Positions 14,213 through 26,614 of a stretch of 64,000 nucleotides of DNA are shown here, in pieces. Source of the stretch: Octopus sinensis (lineage: Eukaryota); NCBI RefSeq assembly GCF_006345805.1, contig NC_043021.1:62001-126000 (forward strand), given 5' to 3'. Each line of letters starts with the position of its first letter. Position 1 is the first letter of the stretch. Under the pieces are notes generated by a model. The model worked only from the letters and a program-made list of their open reading frames with translations, ran no database searches and was not told where the DNA came from. The position numbers were made by a program, and so were the translations under genes.

Positions 14213-17083
14213 GGGCAAATCGAAGTGAAGTTGATACCCCCGTCAACGATGCTATCTCTGATGCCCTTTATTCTGCTTGTTCCCCAACTCCCGCCCCTCA
14301 GACTTCACAGCTCAGCATCGTCTACACCAACTCGTGCTCCTTATTCCCAAAGTTCAGTGAACTATTTACACTGGCCCACGCGACTCCCCTGATGTGATAG
14401 CTATCACCGAGACTTGGCTGACTCCAGCAGTAAAGGACTCAGAGATCCACCTGCAGGGCTACGTCCTTTTCAGATGTGACAGAGGAAAAAGGCGAGGTGG
14501 AGGTGTTGCTGTGTATGTTAAGTCTGAGCACAAACCGTCCTGCGGTATTCTACCCACAAATGCTCAACCTACAACCAAATTCGATGCCGTCTATTGCAAG
14601 CTGAGCCTATCTGAGTTTTGCCTGCCCGTGTTGGCTGTCTACAGGCCGCCTCTAGCCGACCCCCAGGACGATGCTCATCTACTCGAAGCGATAAGATTCG
14701 TTTCAGCTTCGCATGACTGCTTGGTACTAGGCGACTTCAACGCTCCCACGATCGATTGGCCCGCATCAATTTGTACAACATCTTCCCGGTTCGGCCAGGC
14801 CCTTCTTGACGTGGCTGAAGATTGTTTTCTATCGCAACATGTTGAATATCCGACAAGGCATCGGTCTGGGCAGCAGCCATCTATGCTAGATCTGGTATTC
14901 TCCCGCTATCCAAGATCAGTGTCAGACGTATCTGTGTGCGCCCCTCTTGCCAAGAGTGATCATGCGGTCCTGAAGTTCGTCATGCACACAACTTTTTCCA
15001 CGCCCACGATTACTTCGCTGCCACGTAGAGTCTTCTCTGCAATTAATCTTGAAATTCTAACCGAGGCTTCCGCGCTTCTGGACTGGCGTTCCCTGATGAC
15101 GTTGTCCTCAGTTGACGAACTATGGTCATCCCTCAAAGCATATGTAATCTGTTTGACTGACCAGGCAGTTCCCGTTGGACTTCCCAAGAGGAAGAAACAC
15201 AAGCCCTGGGTGACGAAGAAGGTTAAACGAGAACGTCGACTCAGAGATATTGCTTGGGCTGAATTAAAAATCTGGATTCGACTGCAGCTTTTGAGGTGTA
15301 CAAAACTCAACGAGACCGAGCCGTGAAAATTGAAAAGAAAGAACGCTTCAGTTATGAATACAAAATCGCGGCAAATGCCAGTAGCAATCCAAAAACTTCT
15401 TTGCCCATGTCCAGCGGAATTCCCGCTTGAACAACCAGATTGCAACGTTGGTAGACTCAACAGGCGTATCGATTGAGGACCCTTATCACAGAGTCAATTA
15501 TTTGCCGAGGCTTTTTCAACTATTTTCAAACAAGATGATGGTCGTGAACCCCCTCCATTTGATAGATCGGTACCTCCAATGCTTCGATTGATCATCACGC
15601 GGGACCAAGTCAAACGTGTTATTCAAGGCCTCGATGTCAACAAGGGTCACGGCCCTGACGGCATACACCCACGGGTTATCAAAGCGTTGGCCGGTCATCT
15701 GCGAGCCCTTAACACGACTATTCAATATGTCATTGGCGACGGGTGTTATACCTGCAGACTGGAGAACAGCGATAATCTGCCCAATTTTCAAGAAAGGGAG
15801 CCGCGAAGACCCGCTTAACTACCGACCGGTTTCCCTTACATCAATAATCAGCAAGATGTTCGAAACCATCCTAAGAAAAGTATGATGCTCCACCTCCTAA
15901 ACACAGCCTCGATCACTGATTCCCAACACGGCTTCGTGCCGAAGAGATCATGCTTGACCAACTTACTAGTAATGGAAGAATTGGTGACGCGCATCCTCGA
16001 TGATAGTGATGCTGTTGACATCGTTTTATTGGACTTTGCCAAAGCTTTTGACTCGGTAAACCACCGCCTACTACTTGTCAAGCTTCAAGCATATAGTTTC
16101 CATCCGGATATTGTACGATGGGTTGGTGCCTTCCTCTCAGATCGCTCCTTCCAAGTTCAAGTTAATGGTTCGCGGTCCGACGTCTCCAGTGCGAGCAGTG
16201 GCGTGCCTCAAGGTTCAGTGCTTGGGCCCTTGTTGTTCTTAGTCTTCATAAATGACTTGCCCGACGACCTCACGCAACACACCCTTCTATTTGCCGACGA
16301 TATCAAACTGGTCGCTCCTCGCGGTAGTATAGAGGATCTTCGTCGATGCCTCCACCAATTTGGAAGTGGTCTAACGATTGGGACCTGTGTCTGAACGTGT
16401 CAAAGTGCTGTCATCTGCCTGTCGGCTCTACTCCTGCAACTCAACTTGATTTCGAGCCGGGTCGTCTGCTGCTGGAGAGGACCGATCAGGTAAAGGACCT
16501 GGTATCTTGGTGGATTCCTCCTTTTCGCCTTCGGCCCAGTGCGTCCATGCTGCCAACAAAGCGCGCGGAATTCTGTTTTTGATTCGACGGTCATTCGGAA
16601 TGCTCACAGCAGCCATATTCCTGCCACTCTATGTCACGCTGGTGAGACCCATATTGGAGTATGGGATTCAAGCCTCTTCTCCTTATCTCCTCAAAGACAT
16701 ACAGCACCTCGAAAGAGTCCAGAGGCTGGCTACCGCATGGTTCATGGTCTCAAAAATTTGTCCTACGAAGAAAGGCTGAGGACGCTCGACCTTTTCTCTT
16801 GAAAAACGCCGCCGCGTGGTGATCTCATTCTCGCCCACAACATCATAAGCGGGAGTGTAACCTCTCGAAAGAGCTGTTCTTCACTCCTGCTCCGGAGCGT
16901 CGGCTGCGGGGTCATTCCGAAAAGCTCTACCTGCGACGATTTCATCTCAATCGAAGGAGAGGAGCTTTCTCCGTCCGGGTTGCGGATCCGTGGAACAAGC
17001 TGCCAGACGAGATGGTGAAGATGCCGACGACCGCTTTGTTCAAAGCCTCCCTGGACCTCAAGTGGCCTGAACTCTTTACATGA
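14209..17083 (+). pseudogene. LINE ORF2: apurinic-like endonuclease plus reverse transcriptase, broken by about a dozen short deletions
   Basis: AITETW, RRGGGVAVYVK, GDFNAP, SDHA (EN); YRPVSLTS, QHGF, DFAKAFDSV, GVPQGSVLGPLLF, FADDIKL (RT); ends WNKLP...KWPELFT-TGA at 17083. Confidence 0.92.
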
Positions 17084-17165
17084 ACACCACCCTGTACTTA
17101 ACTCCATGCCCCCCCTACATGGCCTTGCTATTTGCTTTTGAGCCAAATTGACTAACTAACTAACT

Positions 17166-17215
17166 AAGTGTCCTTATCCCTAAACCTGCTCTCAAACTCA
17201 TCCCTGTGTGGTTTG
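17166..17215 (-). mobile_element. Continuation of the same Tc1-like remnant on the far side of the LINE
   Basis: Removing the LINE and one AAGTG copy restores in-frame TTT AGG GAT AAG GAC ACT TGG CCC CCT = FRDKDTWPP. Confidence 0.6.
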
Positions 17216-17604
17216 TTTGTTTTTTTATTACCAGACGCAATGTTTTTCAGAGATGAAACTTTGATTTGTTGCTTATGCACCCGAATCCCATATATTAATT
17301 TTGAATCTATTTAGCAAATACCATTTTCACTTTATTGTGGACATGCGATGCAGTAAATAGGATTTCTATTGTTTTGCAGTTGATATTTCCAACATTCTTC
17401 AATTCCTTTCCGTTCTTGACTTTTTTCTATTTGTTTTTTTTAATTTTGGTCCGTTCAATTATTTCTTGGCTTGGAATATTGTCACTGTATCGGGGTAAGA
17501 ATTTTTTGAAATGGATGTATGTATATATATATATATATGTAGGTCCCGGTTGAGTCGGGGTTAACCACAGTAAATAAGGTACTTCAATACAAGCAGAGTA
17601 AATA

Positions 17605-17733
17605 ATTTATTTTATAGAAGGAGCTTCTACAGGACTAGACTGTTTCATTCAAAAGAAATCATCAGGAACCTTCCTGATGATTTCTTTTGAATGAAACAGT
17701 TCTAGTCTTGTAGAAGCTCCTTCTATAAAATAA

Positions 17734-17735
<2 letters not shown>
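17605..17735. repeat. Near-perfect 131-bp palindrome
   Basis: Arms 17605-17668 and 17671-17735 are reverse complements with one mismatch and one extra base; loop CC; each arm has CTGATGA...GAAAC. Confidence 0.9.
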
Positions 17736-17806
<71 letters not shown>

Positions 17807-18271
17807 ATATATATATAGATATATATATATTGCTGGTCATGATTTTTTTGCCAATTAAACACGCGCACTATATATTTTTTCTTCACTCGTTTATTACCGT
17901 TCTTATTTTATTATTTTAACCCATGTCTATTGTTCGGAAATCTTTTGTCACACGTCTGTGACCTCTTCAGCAACACTTTTCGTTCCCGTGCGTGTTTTTG
18001 CTCAACTTACTCCATTCTGTTCAGAACTGAATATTCCACAAGGGTAAAAAAAACAAGAAATATCAATGTCTGAGATTCCTGACAGATGGCGACACTCAAA
18101 GAGGTGGGTGTTTTCATACATTTTTACAACAAGAGTGATTTTCCTCCACTATAACTGCAGTGCATTTGCCTTTTAGCTTTTGAAATATGTGACAAGCATA
18201 TTATTTCAACTAACCTAAATTCATCTCATATATATATATATATATATATATAGCTCATAAAATCTCTCATA

Positions 18272-18643
18272 GGTGCAGCAGTGGCTGGGTGGTAAGTACC
18301 TTGCTTACCAACCACATGGTTCCGGGTTCATTCGCACTCTGTGGCACCTTGGGCAAGTTTCTTCTACTATAGCCACGAGCCGACCAAACACTTGCGAGTG
18401 GATTTGGTAGACGGAAACTGAAAGAAGCCTGTCGTATATATGTGTGTGTATGTTTATATGTCTATGTTTGCCCCCTCCCCCCGATGCTGGGTGTTTACAT
18501 CCCCGTCACTTAGCAGACCGATTAAATAAGTACTATGCTTACAAAGCATGTGTCTTGTCGTCAAATTGAGCGACTAAAGGCTGTGCTCCAGCATGGCCGC
18601 TGTCAAATGACTGAAACGAGAAAAGAATTAAAGAATAAAGAAT
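18272..18643 (+). mobile_element. SINE family A copy
   Basis: Same head and tail. Confidence 0.8.
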
Positions 18644-18650
18644 ATGTGTG

Positions 18651-18681
<31 letters not shown>

Positions 18682-19234
18682 GCGTTTATCGCTCCTATCT
18701 GTCTCCATCTTTCTCTTTCTCTCCCCCTCTCTCCCTCTCTCCCCCTCTTTCTCTCTCCCTCTCTCTCTCTCTTTCTCTCAGTGATTATTTTGTCTAGCCG
18801 CGTAAGTGGATTCGCCGGTTCAATGGTCGACATTTCGACGGATGGGAATAATGCTCAGACTTACTAGTTTCCTATTTCATCGGAGATCATACAGCTCACC
18901 TTTCCAAACTCTCAGTCCATAGCAACGTACAGCTGGTGTACCAACGTCAATGATATTGGACGAGGCATAAGAAAATTTACATAAATATACAAATTGATAT
19001 CCCAATATCACTACAAAATTAATTATGGTAACGAATGTATATATTTACTAATAAACATATACTGCATTCGTCGCTGCAGTTGTTAATGTCGAGCTGTCAT
19101 CCTAACATTATGTATGTATATATATATATGTGTGTGTGTGTGTATGTGTGTATGTGTGTGTGTGTGTATGTATGTGCGTATATATATATATATATATTGT
19201 ATGTATATGTATGCATATATATATAAACATATAC

Positions 19235-19275
<41 letters not shown>

Positions 19276-19500
19276 ATTACAACGAGACTGAAAAATTGGA
19301 TATTTATTTGATTAACATTAATTTAAAACCAGGGCCTAGCATATTAAAATCTAAGGTTCAGCAAATTGTATTATATACCTATGTTTATGTATATGTATAT
19401 ATATATCTTTATATATATATATATAATATATATATATAATATATCTATATATATATATCTCTATATATATATATATATGTATTATATATATATATATATA

Positions 19501-19690
19501 AGGGTTGGCAACTAAGGCCCCGCATATTTTTTTACTTAAATTTTTTTAAATGTTTAATAAAAAATAACAACTAATTAATCAATAATGTATTCACCCTTGT
19601 TGTTTACAACTTCATCCCGATGTTCAACAAGATTTTCAATACCTCGTTGGTAGAAATCACCCGATTTCGACTCGGAAAATTGATCCAAGT
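19501..19690 (-). mobile_element. Mariner transposase 3' end with probable terminal inverted repeat, truncated
   Basis: Minus-strand LDQFSESKSGDFYQRGIENLVEHRDEVVNNKGEYIID (mariner FY..GI..L..RW..V....GEY); abuts a (TA)n run. Confidence 0.8.
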
Positions 19691-20193
19691 AAGGCCGACA
19701 GGAAGCGCTGATGCTTCCTAGGGCTAAATAGCGGTGGTGTGATTCCCTTTATGGGACTGTCACGTTAAGTTAACAGTATACAACTGCTATATCGTACCAC
19801 CACAGCTTATATCTCTCTGAGATATTTAGAAATTTAATATTTCTATTTTTTTTTCTTTTGTGTGATCAGTGGATTTATTTCACTAGAATTATATGTGTTT
19901 ACAAGGTGTAGACAAGCCTCTGCAGCCAGCAAGCAGTGCTACTCCAGACTGATGACGAGCAAGACTCAGAAACATGTCCCTGGTAGCAGGCGTGGCTGGA
20001 TGGGGGAGCTTGTCTCCCTCTTGTAATCATAAGGCCACAGGAAATGTGTCAAGGCCGACAGGAAGCGTTGATACTTCCTAGGGCTAAATAGCGGTGGTGT
20101 GATTCTCTTTATGGGACTGCCACGTTAAGTTGACAGGATTACAACTACTCTATCGTACCACTACTGCTTATATCTCTCTGGGATATTTAGAAA

Positions 20194-20201
<8 letters not shown>
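19691..20201 (+). mobile_element. Partial tandem repeat (360-bp period, about 1.4 units) carrying a hammerhead motif; Penelope pseudo-LTR / retrozyme-like
   Basis: 19691-19840 recurs at 20051-20201 with a few substitutions; hammerhead-like core in the intervening part. Confidence 0.65.
19937..19988 (+). ncRNA. Type I hammerhead ribozyme-like motif on a long rod-like stem
   Basis: tgcta-ct-ccaga CTGATGA c GAG caaga CTC a GAAA CATG TC cctgg tagca; palindromic ACATGT stem III; further pairings CAGCCA/TGGCTG, GACAAGC/GCTTGTC, TTACAAG/CTTGTAA. Extra bases flank stem II and the first stem I pair is mismatched. Confidence 0.6.
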
Positions 20202-20273
<72 letters not shown>

Positions 20274-20560
20274 GGGAAGAGAGAGAAGAGAAAGAGATGC
20301 AAACGTAAACAGAACGACTAATCCCAATAGTAGTGATGGCCATTTTGTCTTCGCAAGTTAGACAGAGAAGACGGAGAAGGAACTGTTATGCCAATAACCG
20401 GGTTACTAGAATTCTGTCACACAAACTATTCTGATGAAATTCTTTCTCAAATATTTTGAGAATGGCACAGCATATATTTTGGGTAACACTGCTTCAGCCA
20501 GACTGGAGCATGTGAATTGTTTCAGATTGGTCAGATGGCTTGTAGTATGATGATAGTGAA

Positions 20561-20592
<32 letters not shown>

Positions 20593-20704
20593 CGGTGGTA
20601 GTGGGCTATGGAATGTGTTACATTTTTCTATATATAATAGAAATATCTATACAAACATGAATTTACACACCTATTGTATGTTTTGCATATTGCCTATTAT
20701 ATAC

Positions 20705-20735
<31 letters not shown>

Positions 20736-20790
20736 TGTTATGTATGTATGTATGTATGTATGTATGTATGTATGTATGTATGTGTATGTG

Positions 20791-20825
<35 letters not shown>

Positions 20826-21719
20826 GTATATATAAATTTACATATACACATGTATATTTCCTATTATGTACATATATATATGTATAATCTATATACATAC
20901 ATATATATATTATGCGTATGTATGTATGTATGTATGCACGAACGTATGTGTCATATAATCATTTATTACATTTGGAGTAATTGGTAGAAGAAACGCAAAA
21001 TTGCTTTTACGGAAAACCTTGGGAGAATTGAATGGAGGATGGTAAGTGAATAGCTGCCTAATGAACCAAACAAAAAGACAAAAAAGGGGGGGGAAAGACT
21101 GGGATATCTAGAGACGTTGTTAATAAGATATGTCTTCTGCTATTCTAAAAACCCTGAATGGTTATCGACAACAGGTAAAGTGATGAAGTACTTAGAAAAC
21201 CCTTTAGCTCAGGTGTATGATACCAGTTTTCTTCACCCCGCGAAAATTACTAGATTTCATTGAACACACCTTGTTATGAATGAAGAGAGCTGCGTGAGAC
21301 CCTGGAGCTAAACGCGACTTAGATCTGTCATAGGAAGCTCTCTCATATCAACTTCCATTGTTATTAATTATAAAGGAGTCCGAATTTCTAGACAATACTA
21401 GCTATTACGCCAATCAATATATACACACGGCCATACTTATATACATATATACACACACTCTCTTTCTAACTCACTCAGACACACACACACACACACATGT
21501 ATGTAAGTATGTATATCATAATGATAATACGTACATTTTAGGAAGCATTCATTACTACTTCGACAATTATATTGGTCTTTATGTTACTGATGAGGGCTAC
21601 ATAACACTGGAATGTATCATGGTGTGTATCCTATGCCTGCTTAAATAGATTATGAAATTAATCATAAATTCCTTTTGTTTATTGTTTGTTTCTCTACTTG
21701 GCATTTACTCTTCGTTACA

Positions 21720-21952
21720 TTGATCTGAAAGAAAACCGTCTGTGTTCGTATCTGTTTTTTCTCCACCACAGCTTGGCAACCGTTGTAGGTATGTTTAATT
21801 CCCCGTAATTAGCGGTTCGTCAAAAGGTACCGATATTATAAGTACCAAGCTTTAAAACTAAGGGATTACTGAGATTGATTGGTTTGGCTAAAATTCTTCA
21901 ATGCGGTGTCCCAGTGTGGCCACAATCTAATAACTGAAACAAGGAAATGAAG
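21720..21952 (+). mobile_element. SINE family A tail fragment
   Basis: cttggcaaccg...ttagcggttcg...gcggtgtcccagtgtggccaca...actgaaacaag. Confidence 0.65.
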
Positions 21953-22417
21953 AAAGTATAATTTAACTATTGTTTTCCAAGACGAAGCGTCGCTGGTACA
22001 CACACGGATGCTCCACGGAGTGGGGAACCACGCCTTACAAACATAAAGCAACAAGCCACAAACTGAGTTGTTGTGTCTCCTCTTTGTGTTTCACCTTCCG
22101 CTACTACAACGGGTTCTGCTTCTTTGCATTAGCAAGTTGTGTGACATACACATTAGGGGCCCAGGACCACAAATCACAACAGTTTTTCCATACAAAAGAA
22201 AGTACAAAAAGGAAATGATCTCTCGCGATTAAAGAATACAGAGAGAAAAAAGTAACTGTTTCAGGTTTTGCAGTGTTTCGTGAGTTTGTCATCACAGAGT
22301 CTCGTCATCAAGCTTTTGATGACGAGAAAAGATCTTCTACCATGATATTTCCTCGCATGGATAGATTATGACACATATATACAACAATCTACAAAAATAT
22401 GCGTGTGCACGTATGCT

Positions 22418-22488
<71 letters not shown>

Positions 22489-22489
22489 A

Positions 22490-22523
<34 letters not shown>

Positions 22524-23265
22524 TGATTGATTGATTGTGATTGATAGATAGTGATACAGAAATAGACAAATTGCATGCAAACGCACATACTCACGCGCGC
22601 ACACACACACACACACATATATGTGCGTCTGTGTGTATGTATGCATATACATATGTGTGCGTGTGTGTCTGTATGTATGCGTTACACAAATGGAGTGGAC
22701 AGAAGTGGTTTCAGAGAAAATCGGTCGGTTTGTCACTCAATCTACATATATTATTTTGTATGTCTATGTACATAAATACATATGCACACACACATATATA
22801 TGTGTGTGTGTTCATTTGTATGTATGCAGATGCATATATATAAATTCATCAATACATAGATGTATATATGTGTGTTTATATATATATATATATATATGTG
22901 GTGTGTGTGTGTGTGTGTGTGCGTGTGTGTGTGTATTTATGTTTGTGTATATATATATGTATATCTATATATATGTTTGTATAAATGGGAGTGGATGTGT
23001 CTATGGTTGTACGCCTTTATGTGTGTGTCCATGCGTGTGCGCGCGATTGTGTGGGTCGGGTTTGGTTAGTTAGACATTTGTATATCATTTTGTTCGGTCT
23101 GCTAAGTTTAAAAGAAATAATAACCTGCCTAATATTTTTTCTTTGAACTTAAGAATACGAAATCATAGTAAAGTAATATATACATACACACTTAAACACA
23201 CGTATATATATATATATGATATATACATGTGTGTGTATATATATATATGTATATATGTGTATGCT

Positions 23266-23297
<32 letters not shown>

Positions 23298-23771
23298 CAT
23301 ATATACACATATATATATATTCATATATATATATATACATATATATATACACACACACACACATATATATATATATTTATGTGTGTGTGTGTGTGTGTGT
23401 ATGTATGTGTGTGTGTATGTATAATTATTGATTAGTTTTGGATAAGATCTATTGAACAATAGGAGGGAAGGAAAAACAAATGAAACCAGTGAAAAAACAG
23501 CCTCCCAAAATGGCTGCCGTCAAGCAGACGGAAGTGACAGATGCCAAGAAGTGACAGATGCCAAGACAATTGGCCACACTTATGTCATGTGAAATATTTC
23601 ATGCATGACATATTGTAGTTATACAAGCTGCTGCTGCTGTGGTTGTTGTTGTTGTTTTTCTTGTGGTTTCGTCCATATTCTCTTTCCTCATTGTCACTAC
23701 TTTTGCTGATGTTGTTGCTGTTGTTGACTTGATGTAAAATATTGTTGTTGCTGTTATTATTATTATTATTA

Positions 23772-23856
<85 letters not shown>

Positions 23857-23868
23857 TGTGGCTATTAA

Positions 23869-24283
23869 AGCGGCGAGCTGGTGGAATCGCTAGCACACCG
23901 GGCAAAATGTTTCGCCTCATTTCGTCTGTCCTTACATTCTAAGTTCACATTCTACCATGGTCGACTTTGACTTTTATCTTTTCGGGATCAATGAAATACG
24001 TACCAGTTACACACTGGGGTCGATGTAATAGACAAGTACCTTCTCCCAAAATTTCAGGCCCTGCGCCTTTAGTAGAAAGGATTATTATCAATATGGTTGC
24101 TATTAAGGCGTCCAGCTGACAGAATCGTGCGCGCGCATTTCGTCCGTTTTTAGTTCTGTGTTCAAATTCCGCTTTCCATCATTTCGGGGTCGATAGACTA
24201 AGCACCAGTGAAACAGTGGGCTCGATGTAATCGATTAGTCCCTTCCCCCAAAATTCCAGGCCTTGTGCCTTTAGTAGGAAATA
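23869..24283 (+). mobile_element. Two tandem SINE family B copies (23869-24083, 24106-24283)
   Basis: ggcg.gctggc.gaatcg...gagttcaaattcc...ggggtcgatgtaat...ccttgtgcc consensus. Confidence 0.78.
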
Positions 24284-24304
24284 TTATTATTATTATTATT
24301 ACAT

Positions 24305-24377
<73 letters not shown>

Positions 24378-24773
24378 CACACATACGTACACACATATAC
24401 ACACACATACATATATATATATATATATTGAGGCCACACGGCTTTTTTTGTTGTATTGATATATGTCTTATTTTGTCGTGTTTGCTTTTGTTATTGTCCT
24501 GTACATACGTTAGCTCCCCCCCCCCAGTGGGTTTTCGCCACTGGCGTCAATATCAACAACGTGAACGTTAGAAGTGCGAAATTATAATAATCTTTTGGAC
24601 GTTCACTGTTGACGAACAAGCTACGAATTTTTCTATTCGTTATGTTTTTATATTTCCGTTTGTTGTATTTCCGTTAAATTCTTCAAAGACACACACACAA
24701 CACACCACACAGATATAATATATATATATATTATATATTATATATATATATATTATAATATATATATAATAAT

Positions 24774-24821
<48 letters not shown>

Positions 24822-25316
24822 AGACAACAAAGTAATTTTATTCCACACGGGTAGAAATATAGGAAAAATAGAAGTTGAAACTGCACTGAGACTAGTTAAA
24901 ATATTTCTTATCAATACTTTTAAAGCGTTAACTGGTTTCACAGTTTCCACTGATTTTCAAAAAGTTCAAATGGAAAGACGTGGCTTATGTCGCGGCTGTT
25001 TTGCTGCTGAATGGTGTTTGAAGCTTGCCTTGATTTTATGGAGAGTTCATGGCTCAAATTTGTATATATTTTGAATAGGATTTGATTGGTGGAAGATAAT
25101 CACATGGCTGGTCTTAGAAGTTTTTGTATGTTCCGCGCTACGTCCGTGTGTTAGTATCAAGTGAGAATGTTTGTTGTGTTAAGTTAAGGCTCACACGGTT
25201 GACTGAACATATCCAAAAATTAATGTGTATGTGTGTGTGTGTTTGTCTCAGTGCGCTCTTGCATGTGTGCGTATATATAAATATGTGTATACATATACGT
25301 ATATATATATACACAT

Positions 25317-25398
<82 letters not shown>

Positions 25399-25599
25399 TG
25401 ATAGATAAAACTGAAGATCTCGTAATTAGAGTTCTCTGAGTTACTCGTTCCCAGTTAATCAACTGGTAATCCGGACCAGCTTTTCCTTTGAAATATCTGC
25501 TTTTAATTTCCTTCCTGGTTCTCGTGGGAAAATTTCAAACGTCTTAAACTTCAAACGAGAGGGATCAGTCTAATAATGTTCCTTCTGAAATTGCCTTGT

Positions 25600-25900
25600 T
25601 GGCTCAGGTAACTGACTGGCAAATTCAATAATATACAGCACCAAGGTAGAAACAATCAGCGGAAAGGAACCGAATAAATATATTGCGGCAAGTGAACTAA
25701 CAGCGAAAAACAGATTTTATAAACACAAGCATTCATTTGTCAGCCTAGATAAAAGGTATAATTCGGCTTGGTCGAAATTTATATCGTTTATGCGTGAGAG
25801 AATCACTTATGAATGCAAGGTTTTCCGGTCGATTGTAGATGAGACACAACTGCACACAAATGGTTGCTTCGAATAAAGAATTTGGTGTAAAATTTTCTTG
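25600..25900 (+). mobile_element. Penelope-like element GIY-YIG endonuclease fragment
   Basis: Frame from 25625: SIIYSTKVETISGKEPNKYIAASELTAKNRFYKHKHSFVSLDKRYNSAWSKFI, matching IVY...YIG.SE..K.R..H..SF...LSK.IW. Confidence 0.6.
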
Positions 25901-26614
25901 CTTAAAAAAGTCTAGACTTTGGATCAAAGGTTGTACGGTTTGAACAAAAGGACGGACAAAGCAACACTTGTTTGAATACCAGCCTCCTTGAACTTTTTCG
26001 TGGTTCGGCCAAAGTCGTTCGTTTTGGCTTATTTAATTCATGTATGTATATGTCTATAAGTACATATGAGCGTTTGCATGGAAGTATATACATGCATATC
26101 TGTATCTCTAAGCGCGCGTGCGTATATTTCCGATTAAAATCTACATATACATATAAGTATATGCATATATATATACATATGTGTTTGTGTGTGTGTATGC
26201 ATGTGTAAGTGCATGTATGTGTATTTGTTTGTCGATATTTACACATACACACAGGTGCACGCAAAACGCACGCACGTGCACACTTATGTTGTTTTAGATA
26301 TATTCCTTTAAAATATTACTTACACAACAAAGCAATTTCATGAGAAAACCTATCAGAGTGTCCTTTCTTGCGTGAAGCGTAGAATATTTGGTGTATTCTC
26401 ATAAGAACCAGAAATGAAATGAAAGACGTAGGCTTGAGGCAGCTGCTTTTCGCATGTTTTGCCTGGAACGACGTTTTGGGATTTTTATCGTAGAGAAAAA
26501 AAATGCCATCTCTTCTTAAGTTTCATATAAGATTTTGGATATATACTGAAACTGCGAATATTTCCAAGGACAGCAAGATTATCGAGAACATATAACTCGG
26601 AGTACCGGTATTAG

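Larger units (their letters stand above)
12901..17167 (+). mobile_element. CR1-clade non-LTR retrotransposon, 5'-truncated, with ORF1, ORF2 and (ACTA)4 tail
   Basis: APE endonuclease and RT motifs; tail actaactaactaactaa at 17151-17167; AAGTG duplicated at 12896-12900 and 17166-17170; visibly more GC-rich than flanks and free of microsatellites. Confidence 0.93.

Noticed and set aside
12901-17167. Contaminant or mis-joined contig explaining the GC-rich block
   Set aside because: Target-site duplication and collinear Tc1 sequence on both sides indicate a genuine insertion.
18011-18016. Candidate 6-nt in-frame microexon (cag|AATGGA|gtaagt, minus strand)
   Set aside because: Lies in repeat-like sequence, weak acceptor context, and would insert two residues into the conserved R-R-T-A motif; chance match likely.
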